DNA of 64,000 nucleotides from Vulcanimicrobiota bacterium (GTDB lineage Bacteria; Vulcanimicrobiota; Xenobia; Xenobiales; JADMJV01): assembly GCA_050250895.1 (NCBI GenBank), contig JBFWNU010000001.1, positions 416,001 through 480,000 on the forward strand, in the 5' to 3' direction. Positions within the stretch are counted from its first letter, which is position 1, and the number at the start of each line of letters is the position of its first letter. Made by a program: the position numbers and the translations under genes. The notes below the pieces were generated by a model. That model had not been told where the DNA came from. It made no database searches and saw nothing but the letters and a program-made list of their open reading frames with translations. Of this stretch, positions 48,701-56,984 are shown piece after piece.

Positions 48701-48904
48701 TTCAGCGGATCCATCGGCGCCGACTACCTCCATATGTTTGGGGGCAGTGACGCCGGACTATCCGCCGGAGTTCCCGAGAGAGACTACCTTTCGAGATTGC
48801 TAATTCTGGACGCCAACGTCCCCGACTTCCCGGTTTTAGATGTCACGGGGTTCGCCTCGCGATTTCGTCGTGTCCAGAAGGATAGATTGGTGATTATCCA
48901 ATGA
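45785..48904 (+). CDS. Large lipoprotein with FlgD-Ig-like domain and C-terminal transglutaminase/papain-like domain
   Basis: Lipobox LLGC; VLRT..WDGLDDAGELV (FlgD-Ig); CDCASFANL..LGV, WQFHEW, IYDS (putative Cys-His-Asp triad). Confidence 0.65.
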   Translation: MLNRFLAAIFILLSVSLLGCQSVSPDDLQGKNRPSSTYGRDSVVVQAQSASGTLKLAVGAGPHQPGHKAPALPSAVRARNYLPSDEQVRARGSGGFLERRGVRRDMETGHPATNPVIGETPLLDFISPAQVGVAKDWMLLNDRYLVYKGAMETDGPPHDGDQTTVRWSNGQGINLEMVIRYTETNGNARVSVDVSGDGVEPYTSGAYFGPPLLSVQFELILFIDDVGLRYLPRPLLEEQYLRTWTFETELADGQRQSGQFDMRGYFLDDVTSTNVGGQTVVEGDIVALPEASDLYPSGWYPLNYPTADPTRYDVESEWRVDRADYVNAGSLGFAEGVITHPWGQSGQIGHFSATFPGGGAYRYRIQARTLPDGTGDLYVSGSAGVDTVTVFDEEVYPDPFYPAELPRDPEGDPEDPPEYETVTYSATLALPDDTMNAEWTVDVVGEDGQVLRTAVASGEGVGVYAEWDGLDDAGELVTTAQNASFVTRAQVCGATGPDRPVALQRGAETIMAQTNGSCTQLPLLSTFFGLGQDLTRAPVIVQKIRFGGNAQLTKSDNVGPFPVYDYVNDILRGSLEVPGEAHWELGGLPEMIPALFVGGQTAWLGAELAVEDTPEDWETLEVQVEMNVNDGPQNESLGSQTLIRDEWENRENFHSGKLAYSFLLPPVVGRHRVKLYWTFWFRNSSGEVVAESQSVTPSAEVPEDPAHLVYTGLAPPLQFNQTGNTYRGELVNPMFGYPYYHPTSFQFDSDAALTSQRSPLDMACRWAQGMDSRPALLAELARGLHEESGYQYDYFRKSAAFVDNSYPRGYHLAAQRDYRLEAHLVSQTCDCASFANLGRVLAATLGVQVKTIAIIANTDAGEGIYTNYADAAGSLLPAFILLPRTLVPSPVKDRYMLDSTTDGKDVLHEWTQIPWQFHEWILDPQDSRIYDSVVKLKPTPTEMTAALLNQYNVSNVQAFQAFLEAKGLAPDRFSGSIGADYLHMFGGSDAGLSAGVPERDYLSRLLILDANVPDFPVLDVTGFASRFRRVQKDRLVIIQ

Positions 48905-50604
48905 GAAACAGACGCTTAGCCCTGATCCTGCTCCCCATCCTGGTCCTCGCGCTCCCGGTCTCGGGTCAGCAATTACCGGACCCAAGCGCAGAGCGCATTC
49001 GTCTCGGCGAATCCGAGGTCGTCTCCTTCGTCCCTGGCGCTCGCCGAGAGAAGACCGTAGCTGTTGCAATGGGCCTACGCCCCCAAAATGAATGGCCATC
49101 GCCTGACGACTTTGCACAAACCTATTTCGGCTTAGAAGACCACTACATCACCCCTGGCGGCAAGAGATTGACACTTCTCTATGGCGTGTTTGAGTCCAAG
49201 AGGGACGCTGCTGATGCCCTGCGTTATATAGGGGGGCTTCGAAACGGAATCTTGCCGACCGATGTGGCTGACCCTGTGGGTGACCTCGCCGAAGGTGTGA
49301 GCAGGAGCTACGTTTTTGTTCTTGACCGCGGGATATGCGGGTTGGAGCAATCATCCGTCAGCGAGAACGACGCAATAAACCTCAAGCCGATCGCCCTCGC
49401 AGTAGCCAACAAGATGGCGGCCGCGGGCATGCAGGCTGCCCCACCCTTCATCTTGCAAACGACTGCTGTATCAGACACTGCTGGCCCAAACAGCCATGTA
49501 GTGCTTGATTGTTCAGCCATTACTGATCCCTCCTGGCAGCCCGTCGAATTTGCGGTGAGTATTACTGCCAGCATTGAGCGATTGCCGCTCGAGCTCTATC
49601 ACTTCTTCAAGACGGAAGCCCCAGACGGAATGTGCCACTTCGAATGGGATGGACGCGATCCCGAAGGATTCTTGGTGCCTCCCGGCCAGTACCTCCTGAG
49701 CCTAAGCGCTACGGATAACCTCGGTCGCTCCAAACTCGTTCGCGTCCCGATTACGGTTGCAGCGGGCACGCCGAGCTCGCTTACCATCCCGCCATCGAAG
49801 GACTCCACTCTCCGCTCGGCCGATCCGCACCAAAATGAAGGAGCCAACCCGCAACTGGTCCTGAGCCATATGCCGGAACGACGCGGTCGAGCCAACAACC
49901 CCATCGTAGCTTTCGATCTTTCCCAGGTGGAGCTGGCCGGTCTCACCCGGGCCACCCTGGCCCTCGATGTGCGCGAGTGTAGCTTGCCGCGCTTTTGGGG
50001 ACCCGACGGACGCTATCTCCAGGCCCAGCGCATCCTGTCACCCTGGGTCGAGGGCAACGGAAAGGACTTGCTGCTCTTGCCGCGGCATAGTTCGCGCGGT
50101 AACGGCCAGGGAGCCACCTGGTTCTCCCCCATCGACAACGACATCTCCAACACCGGACCCAATGGGTCCGAGCAATGGCAGGGCGCGCGTTTGGCCTTGG
50201 CGCCGCCGACCGCCCCATCGGTTCTGGTGGTCAACGGCCAGACCGGTGTGGTCGAATTCGACGTGACCCAGGACGTACTTAACGGCGCGGCCCACGGCTG
50301 GCTCGTGCGCAAGCAAGACGAGAGCCGCTTCGGGAACATCCGCTTCTCCTCCAAGGAAGGCGACAGCCCGCCTCGCCTGCTGCTCGAATACGGCAGTCCG
50401 CAAGCCCATCACTCGGCGGGGCTGGCTGCTCTGACACCTGCCCGCCTGGTAGCCAATCCGCTCGGGTTGGAGGGTCAGACGACTCGACGGTCAGCCCTTG
50501 CACTAATGGGTGGAGATGTCCTGACCGCGTTGCTCGACGGAAATCCCTTTGCGGGAGCGATGTTTCGCCTGATACGGGTGACCTGGCAAGCGAACCTGGT
50601 TTAA
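48901..50604 (+). CDS. Exported protein with FlgD-Ig-like and DNRLRE (CBM96-like) domains
   Basis: Signal peptide; FEWDGRDPEGFLVPPGQYLL; KDSTLRS..PHQNEG, AFDLS, ATLAL, FDVTQDV, GWLVRK, FSSKEG..PRL. ATGA overlap. Confidence 0.7.
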   Translation: MRNRRLALILLPILVLALPVSGQQLPDPSAERIRLGESEVVSFVPGARREKTVAVAMGLRPQNEWPSPDDFAQTYFGLEDHYITPGGKRLTLLYGVFESKRDAADALRYIGGLRNGILPTDVADPVGDLAEGVSRSYVFVLDRGICGLEQSSVSENDAINLKPIALAVANKMAAAGMQAAPPFILQTTAVSDTAGPNSHVVLDCSAITDPSWQPVEFAVSITASIERLPLELYHFFKTEAPDGMCHFEWDGRDPEGFLVPPGQYLLSLSATDNLGRSKLVRVPITVAAGTPSSLTIPPSKDSTLRSADPHQNEGANPQLVLSHMPERRGRANNPIVAFDLSQVELAGLTRATLALDVRECSLPRFWGPDGRYLQAQRILSPWVEGNGKDLLLLPRHSSRGNGQGATWFSPIDNDISNTGPNGSEQWQGARLALAPPTAPSVLVVNGQTGVVEFDVTQDVLNGAAHGWLVRKQDESRFGNIRFSSKEGDSPPRLLLEYGSPQAHHSAGLAALTPARLVANPLGLEGQTTRRSALALMGGDVLTALLDGNPFAGAMFRLIRVTWQANLV

Positions 50605-50676
50605 TCGGCCTCCGCGCATCCGCCGTGAATCTTCTTACCCGAGGCGAGCCGGAAACGCGTTAGCATCGTTTCCGAA

Positions 50677-50704
50677 CTACCGTCTACCGTCTTCCGACTA
50701 CCGT
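50677..50704. repeat. Heptamer tandem repeat (CTACCGT)x4, one degenerate
   Basis: CTACCGT CTACCGT CTTCCGA CTACCGT directly upstream of the promoter below. Confidence 0.6.
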
Positions 50705-50719
50705 CTGTCTGCCCCCGAC

Positions 50720-50748
50720 TTGACGGGCCATGGTCACGCTCCTATAAT
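50720..50748 (+). promoter_or_regulatory. Sigma70-type promoter for the GT2-methyltransferase-GT-C operon
   Basis: TTGACG (50720-50725), 17 bp spacer, TATAAT (50743-50748); about 90 bp upstream of ATG 50837. Confidence 0.75.
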
Positions 50749-50836
50749 AGCCTGAACTTTTCGCCATCCTCCTGGGTGGAGGAATGTCAATCCCCTGCGA
50801 GAATGCACGCGCAGAATTTACAGCTTGGATGTAGTT

Positions 50837-51610
50837 ATGGTTTCGCTCACACTCGTCGTTCCAGTCCTCAACGAAGAGATTCTGCTGGAGCGCTTTCTGG
50901 TAAAGACCCAGAATGACCTCAACGAGGCCAAGATCGACTGGGAACTGATGCTCGTCAACGACGGCAGCACCGACAACTCGCTGAAGATCATGAACGACTT
51001 CGCCAGCGGCAAGTCCAACGTTCATGTCATCGACCTCGAGGGCAATCACGGCCCCGGCGCCAACCTCTATAAGGCCTACTCGATGGCCAGCAAGGACGTG
51101 GTGGCCTACGCCACCGTCGACGGCTTCTATGACACCAAAGTCCTACCGTCGCTGCTGGTGCACTTCGAAGAAAACGACGCCGTCAGCGCCTACCGCACCG
51201 ATCTGGTGGCTCATCCAGGCTTTCGCAAGCTGCAGACGATGGTCAACGTCTACCTGCAGCGGGCCATGTTCCCCTACGAATTCAAGGCCGTGCACACCCT
51301 GCAGATTCATCGGCGCGACTTCCTCCAGAGCGTGGGGCTCGAGTCGAAGACTCCCTTCCTGTGCTCCGAAATGCTATATAAGGCCACCGAGCTCGGCTTC
51401 AAGATCAAGGAAGTGGGCATCGAATATCTGCCGCGCCACGCTGGCAAAGCAACGGGCGGTAACCCCAAGCTGATCTACCGCACCATGGCGGACATCTTCT
51501 ACTATTGGTTTAAATGGTTCGTGCTGCGACGCCCGATGGTCCCGGCCAACCTGGGACTACGGACGGGGGGGTTTCGGAACCTCCGCCCAGAACTGACGAG
51601 GGCAGGCTAG
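50837..51610 (+). CDS. GT2 glycosyltransferase, DPM1/GtrB-like (paralogue of 13419..14216)
   Basis: LTLVVPVLNEE, ELMLVNDGSTDNS, EMLYKA..GFKIKEVGIEYLPR..G. Confidence 0.88.
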   Translation: MVSLTLVVPVLNEEILLERFLVKTQNDLNEAKIDWELMLVNDGSTDNSLKIMNDFASGKSNVHVIDLEGNHGPGANLYKAYSMASKDVVAYATVDGFYDTKVLPSLLVHFEENDAVSAYRTDLVAHPGFRKLQTMVNVYLQRAMFPYEFKAVHTLQIHRRDFLQSVGLESKTPFLCSEMLYKATELGFKIKEVGIEYLPRHAGKATGGNPKLIYRTMADIFYYWFKWFVLRRPMVPANLGLRTGGFRNLRPELTRAG

Positions 51611-51614
51611 ACTA

Positions 51615-52907
51615 ATGGATGTCCGTGACAGGGCGCTACTCGACCTACAGCGCGTACTCGATGTCAAACCGCCCGTCCGGCCGCGCTTTGACCCTCAAGA
51701 AGCCCGCTACCTCGACTTCAAGACCCGCGTCGGCAAGCTACTTAAAGAAGCTCTGGGCGACGGTGCTCAGGCTTTCCTCGAGCATTACTTCCTAGAATTC
51801 TTGCCGGTCTTGATCCGGGCCGCCGGCGAGCATGAGAAGCTTCACGAGATCGAGTGCGAGCAGCAGTTTCAAGAGATCAACGAGGTCTTTGACAAGGACC
51901 TGCACAATCTCTCGCATTCGCCCATGATCTTCCCCCTCAACCGCCAGGTCTTCCGCCTGGTGGCTCCGGCCTCGCCGGCCCTGGATCTTGGCATCGGCCA
52001 GGGCCAGAACTCCCAGTTCACCCTGGGCGGGCGTCCCCTCGACGTGGGCGCCGACATCATGGTCAGCAATCTGATCAAGGCCCGCCAGCGCAAGTGCCAC
52101 AAGTCGTTCGTGGCCATGGACATGGGCAACATCCCCTTTGCCAACGAGACCTTCCAGCGCGTCTACGCCCTCAACTGCCTTTACCACGTGCAGATGGGCC
52201 GGCGCAAAGCGCTCGAGGAAATCTCGCGGGTGCTGGCTCCGGGTGGGCAGGTCGCTCTGACCGACATCAGCCCTTTCCTCACCGATATGAAGCCGTTGCG
52301 CCAGTTCTTCGAAAGCCTCGGCTTCGGCCAACTGGGAGCCGAGTTCAGCCGCTACTTCCTGAGCGGATTCGGCGCCGACGGCACTCCCGGCGAGAAAGAG
52401 TTCTACACCGAAACCCTGATGGAACTTGGCTTCGAGAACATCACGGCCCGCTATCTGCTCAGCCCCCGGCTGACCCAGCTGTCGTATCTGTTCTATGACT
52501 GGCAGGCGCTGTTCAATCTCAACGCCCAGTCCAAACTCGAGGGGGCCGAGGGGCTCAAGCGCCTCAACGCCACCTATCGGCCCATGCTCAAGACGGTGGT
52601 GGCTCCCTTGATTCGCCTTGACGAAGAGTTGTGCTACCGCGAACAGTGCGGCGGCTACCTCTTCGTGACGGCCCAAAAGCGGGGCACGCCCGACCCCAAG
52701 AAGACCACCCGGTTCGTCTGGGACGAGCACCTTATCTGTCCCACCAGCGGCGCGCCGCTGACCAAAGAGGGCGAAACCTATGTCTGCCGCGAGTCCGACC
52801 GGGCCTACCCGGTGGTCGATGGCATTCCGCTGCTGACCGATTTCTACGCAGACAACGTCGAGATCCAGACGGCGGCCCCGGCCGAAGAGAAGAAAACCAA
52901 GAAGTAA
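51615..52907 (+). CDS. Class I SAM methyltransferase with C-terminal Trm112-like domain
   Basis: ALDLGIGQG, MDMGNIPFANETF, EISRVLAPGG; C-terminal LICPTSGAPL..VCRESDRAYPVVDGIPLL. Confidence 0.82.
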   Translation: MDVRDRALLDLQRVLDVKPPVRPRFDPQEARYLDFKTRVGKLLKEALGDGAQAFLEHYFLEFLPVLIRAAGEHEKLHEIECEQQFQEINEVFDKDLHNLSHSPMIFPLNRQVFRLVAPASPALDLGIGQGQNSQFTLGGRPLDVGADIMVSNLIKARQRKCHKSFVAMDMGNIPFANETFQRVYALNCLYHVQMGRRKALEEISRVLAPGGQVALTDISPFLTDMKPLRQFFESLGFGQLGAEFSRYFLSGFGADGTPGEKEFYTETLMELGFENITARYLLSPRLTQLSYLFYDWQALFNLNAQSKLEGAEGLKRLNATYRPMLKTVVAPLIRLDEELCYREQCGGYLFVTAQKRGTPDPKKTTRFVWDEHLICPTSGAPLTKEGETYVCRESDRAYPVVDGIPLLTDFYADNVEIQTAAPAEEKKTKK

Positions 52908-52916
52908 GCCGCGCCC

Positions 52917-53828
52917 ATGGATAACCTCGCGAGACAGATTGCCGAACAGCTTGAGTTCTCGCCGGTAGGGGCCTGTGCGGCTTGCGGAAGTGACCACTTC
53001 GAGTCGGCCTACCGACGTCGCTTTCTAGGCCACGACTTCCACTGGTCTCGCTGCAACCATTGCCGTCTGGTCTTCCAAAATCCCAGCCTCAAGCCCAGCA
53101 GCCTCTGGGCCATCTATAACTCCGACTTCTACTGGCTCAAGGACGAGCGCTCCGAGCACGGCCATCGCATGGGCTATAAAGACTATGCCCGCGACGAGGC
53201 CTTTCGCCTCAAGCTCGGCCGCCAGCGCATTCGCGAGTTAAGCAAGTATCTCTCGCCGCGCTCGAGTCTGCTCGATATCGGCTGTGCTACGGGCTTTTTC
53301 CTCAAAGCCGCCCAGGAGTTGGGCTATGCCGCCCAGGGAGTCGAACTCTCGGCCGACATGGCCCGCTTCGGACGCCAACAGTACGGCGTCGACATCACCA
53401 TCGCCGACTTCTCTCAGTTCGAGCTGCCAGCCGCCAGCTTTGACGCCATCACCTTCTGGGGTTGCGACTCGAACTTCTACCAGCCGCCCTTTGCCCGGGT
53501 GCACGGGTTGCTCAAGCCGCGAGGCTACGTCTATTTCAACTTCTGGGACTTTGACCACCCCTTGCGGCCGCTCTTGCTGGGCGACAGCAAGATTCTCTAC
53601 AACAGCCTGTTCTGCTTCAATCGCTACAACACCAGGCTACTGCTGGCTCAAGCGGGCTTTGAACTGCTCGAGATGACCAGCGAGTGGCGCTGGGTGCGCC
53701 TGGACTCGGCCCTGGCCCTGACCGGCCATAGCCGGCTGCGCAACCTGGCTCGCCGGCTGGGATTGGCCGATTCGGCCCTGTGGCTGCCCTGCCCGACGGG
53801 CTATCTGGTGCTGGCCCGCAAGCGCTGA
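52917..53828 (+). CDS. Class I SAM methyltransferase with N-terminal Zn ribbon (glycan-cluster type)
   Basis: CAACG..CNHCRLVFQNP; LLDIGCATGFFL, GVELS, FDAIT, LLKPRG. Confidence 0.87.
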   Translation: MDNLARQIAEQLEFSPVGACAACGSDHFESAYRRRFLGHDFHWSRCNHCRLVFQNPSLKPSSLWAIYNSDFYWLKDERSEHGHRMGYKDYARDEAFRLKLGRQRIRELSKYLSPRSSLLDIGCATGFFLKAAQELGYAAQGVELSADMARFGRQQYGVDITIADFSQFELPAASFDAITFWGCDSNFYQPPFARVHGLLKPRGYVYFNFWDFDHPLRPLLLGDSKILYNSLFCFNRYNTRLLLAQAGFELLEMTSEWRWVRLDSALALTGHSRLRNLARRLGLADSALWLPCPTGYLVLARKR

Positions 53829-56407
53829 TGTCCTTTCTCTATCTAGCTTTTGCCTGTCTCTTCGGAGGCTTGCTAACCAGCCGCGCCCTCAAAGAGACAT
53901 CCTGGCTGCTGATTCTGGGAACGGCTCCGTTATTGGCCAGCGCGGCCATCGTGCAACTGGCAAATTGGGGCTGCCCGCGCAACCCGGCCGTGCTGCTGCT
54001 GGCGGTAGCTAGCCTGGGCCTGTGGTTCGTGCCCGCCGAAAAGCCCCAATGGCTACCGCTGACCCGCTTTGAAAAGGGCGCGCTCGGCTTGTTGCTGCTG
54101 TGCACCCTGGTCTACACCCACTATAGCGGAGTGCGGGTCTTCGACAGCGACCGCTATTTGCATGACAGCCACATCGTGGCCTTTCAACGGGGCATCTATC
54201 CTCCCGTCAATCCGTTCTTTCCCGAGCTGGCCATGAACGGCCACTTCGGCCGCGATTTGCTGATGTCGGCCCTGACCGAGGACAAAGCCGACCCGGTCTT
54301 CACCGTGTGGTGGGTCAGCCCGTTCTTGCAAATCGGAGCCTTGCTCACCCTGTTTGCCTCGACCCGAGTTCTGACCGGTTCGCCCCGTAAAGGCCTGCTG
54401 GTGGCGGCCATGGTCTTCTACGGCATGGACTGCGGCTTTCGCGTCGGCCTGGTGGACACGTTCGACGGCTCGAACGCCCTGGCTTATCCCCATCTGGTGC
54501 TGCTCTTTCACCTGATGCACCGGGTGCTGGGCCCGAGCAAGTGGCCTACCTGGCTGGTGGCCGGCATCGTGCTGGGCAACTATCAGCTGTGCTATATGAC
54601 CAACTTCCCCCTCATGCTGGTCACCGGGTTGTGCCTGTTCGTGCTCAAAGCCCGCACCAAAGAGGCCTGGATCGGCCTGGTGGTGACCGCCGTTCTGGCC
54701 ATGACCCTGGCCTTCACCGAGGGCGGAGCCTTCACCGATCTGGCCCGACGCGGCCTTCACCCCGAGCAGACCAAGGCCGTGCAGAACCAGGGCCTGCGCG
54801 TGACCCTGCAGTTTCCGAAAGAGCAGACCTTCAAGCTTTTGACCACCACGGCCGACTATTACCGCACCTCGGTGGCCTATCGCACCAGCCTGTTCAAGGG
54901 CCTCTACCGCCCGCCCCGCGGCTCGGGCTATCTCTACATCTGGGACCCGCGCCTGCTCACCACCCACTGGCTACCCCTCTATCTTGCCCCGCTCAGCCTG
55001 TGGCTGATTCGCAAATGCCCGCTGGGTTTGTCTTACTGGATCTTTGCCTTCATCTCGTTTATCATCCCGGGCCTGTTCTATTTCGGCCCCATCTTCGAAT
55101 ACGAGTATTTCCGCTGGGAGTACTCGGCCGCCTTCGGCTTTGCCGCCGCCCTGGGCCTGGGCTTGGGCGAGTGGCTCGAGGGCAACCCCATCCGCTTTGA
55201 CCGCGAAAACCGCACGCTGAAGTTCGCCGAAGGCAGCAAGCGCTTCATCCTGGCGCTGCTGATTCTCTTCGCCAGCCTGCTGGCCGGCGAGAAGCTGCTC
55301 AACGACGCCATCATCGACTCACAGAAAAAGGGGTTCGTGTGGTTTCCTTCCACCCGCCAGTGGCGCCTCAACGAGCCCACCTTCCAGGTCACCGCCGACG
55401 ACCTCGACGCGGCCGCCTGGCTGCGCGAGCGCACCGAGCCGGGCTCGCGCATTCTGACCAACCGACTCGACGACTCGCCCACCGGCCTGTGGCCCGACAC
55501 GGTGGTGGCCATGCTGGCCGGCACCTTCCCCGCCGGCCACGCCTTTCCGCCCGAGACCGAGGGCATTCCCCACGGCAACCCGGCCTTTCACGCCAACGAG
55601 TTCTACCGCGCCTTCTGGGCCACCGGCGACCTGACCGTGCTCGAAGACACCGGCGTGCGCTGGCTGGTGGCCGACCTCGACAAGCTCGACCCCAAAGTCC
55701 AGGAGAGCCTCGAAGGCCTCAACCACCAGGTCTTTGGCCGCCGGCTGGTGGCCGAGGTGCCCCCCGTCGAACCCTTCGACCCCAAGGCCCCCATCGCCGT
55801 CGAGGCGGTCGTCCCCCCCGACAACGCCGAGCTGCGCATCGGCCATCGCTATCCCCTGACGGTGCGCACCAACAACCCCGGCCAGCCCGGACGGGTGGTG
55901 CTCAAGCTCGACAAGCTGACCTCGGTGCCCCTGCGCTTCACCGTGCCCAGCGGCGACCACGAACTGGAGTGGTCGCTGGTCACGCCGCTTGACGAGGGGA
56001 CCTATCACGCCAGCCTGCAGACCCTCGACGAGAAAGAGCTGGCCGGCTTCGACTTCACCATCGACTTCCTGGCTCGTCTGCAGGCCCTCGAGGCCAAAAT
56101 CGAGTTTCCCCAGATGAAGGCCAACCGTTTCTATCGCCTCCAGGGCGAGTGGCTCTCGGCTCGGCCCATCCATTCCACCGGCGAGCTGCAGTTCTACTAC
56201 CGCTTCAAGCGACCCGATGGCGACTACGCCTGGGAGGTCGACTCCATCCCCCAGCCCACCGACCTGAACCTGCCCGAGCAACCGGCCCTCGACCTGCCGA
56301 TCCTCACTCCGGACCTGCCCGGCAGCTATGAGCTAGAGTTCTGGTTCCTGGACCAGAGCCGCCGCCGGGTCAAACTCGACCAGAGCTTCCAGGTCACCGT
56401 CGAGTAA
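53828..56407 (+). CDS. GT-C-fold glycosyltransferase-like membrane protein (paralogue 4)
   Basis: TGATG overlap. FDSDRYLH..GIYPPVNPFF..GHFGRD; YMTN; FGP..EYFRWEY; GHAFP. Confidence 0.75.
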   Translation: MSFLYLAFACLFGGLLTSRALKETSWLLILGTAPLLASAAIVQLANWGCPRNPAVLLLAVASLGLWFVPAEKPQWLPLTRFEKGALGLLLLCTLVYTHYSGVRVFDSDRYLHDSHIVAFQRGIYPPVNPFFPELAMNGHFGRDLLMSALTEDKADPVFTVWWVSPFLQIGALLTLFASTRVLTGSPRKGLLVAAMVFYGMDCGFRVGLVDTFDGSNALAYPHLVLLFHLMHRVLGPSKWPTWLVAGIVLGNYQLCYMTNFPLMLVTGLCLFVLKARTKEAWIGLVVTAVLAMTLAFTEGGAFTDLARRGLHPEQTKAVQNQGLRVTLQFPKEQTFKLLTTTADYYRTSVAYRTSLFKGLYRPPRGSGYLYIWDPRLLTTHWLPLYLAPLSLWLIRKCPLGLSYWIFAFISFIIPGLFYFGPIFEYEYFRWEYSAAFGFAAALGLGLGEWLEGNPIRFDRENRTLKFAEGSKRFILALLILFASLLAGEKLLNDAIIDSQKKGFVWFPSTRQWRLNEPTFQVTADDLDAAAWLRERTEPGSRILTNRLDDSPTGLWPDTVVAMLAGTFPAGHAFPPETEGIPHGNPAFHANEFYRAFWATGDLTVLEDTGVRWLVADLDKLDPKVQESLEGLNHQVFGRRLVAEVPPVEPFDPKAPIAVEAVVPPDNAELRIGHRYPLTVRTNNPGQPGRVVLKLDKLTSVPLRFTVPSGDHELEWSLVTPLDEGTYHASLQTLDEKELAGFDFTIDFLARLQALEAKIEFPQMKANRFYRLQGEWLSARPIHSTGELQFYYRFKRPDGDYAWEVDSIPQPTDLNLPEQPALDLPILTPDLPGSYELEFWFLDQSRRRVKLDQSFQVTVE

Positions 56408-56451
56408 GCTGCCTGCCGATCGCCGCCCAGGCCATCCGCGGCCTCGCCGCG
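56362..56451 (+). repeat. 90 bp direct repeat, copy 1 (last 14 codons, stop and 3' flank of GT-C paralogue 4)
   Basis: Matches 56985-57074 with one mismatch (C56437/G57060). Confidence 0.92.
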
Positions 56452-56572
56452 TGGCGAAGCACAGTTCGGTGTGGCTCGCCAGTGGGGCGCCTGAGAAATA
56501 AACCGCGGAGACCAGGAGGGCACGGAGAGGCCTGTGGGAGGCGTGGCGTGAGCGTCCTGGCGACCACCGGGT

Positions 56573-56973
56573 GCCGTACCGCCGCCGTCAGCCTGGGTGG
56601 CTCGACCACGGTCGCGGGGCCGGCCGACTTCCGCACGGAAGAGCAACCTCGGCCGAGTACGGCGCTACCACGTGCCGAATCCGGCACCGCCTGGCGCCGT
56701 ACCGCCGCCGGCAGCCTGGGTGGCTCGGCCACGATCGCGGGGCAAGCCGACTTCCGCACGGAAGAGCAACCTCGGCCGAGTACGGCGCTACCACGTGCCG
56801 AATCCGGCACCACCTGGCGCCGTACCGCCGCCGGCAGCCTGGGTGGCTCGACCACGGTCGCAGGGGCCGGCCGACTTCCGCACGGAAGAGCAACCTCGGC
56901 CGAGTACGGCGCTACCACGTGCCGAATCCGGCACCGCCTGGCGCCGTACCGCCGCCGGCAGCCTGGGTGGCTC
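56573..56973. repeat. 123 bp hairpin-rich tandem repeat, about 3.25 copies
   Basis: Unit starts at 56573, 56696, 56819 and 56943 (periods 123, 123, 124). Internal inverted repeats GTACGGCGC/GCGCCGTAC, GTGCCG/CGGCAC, CTTCCG/CGGAAG, CTCGGCCGAG. Confidence 0.92.
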
Positions 56974-56984
56974 CAATCCGGTCC

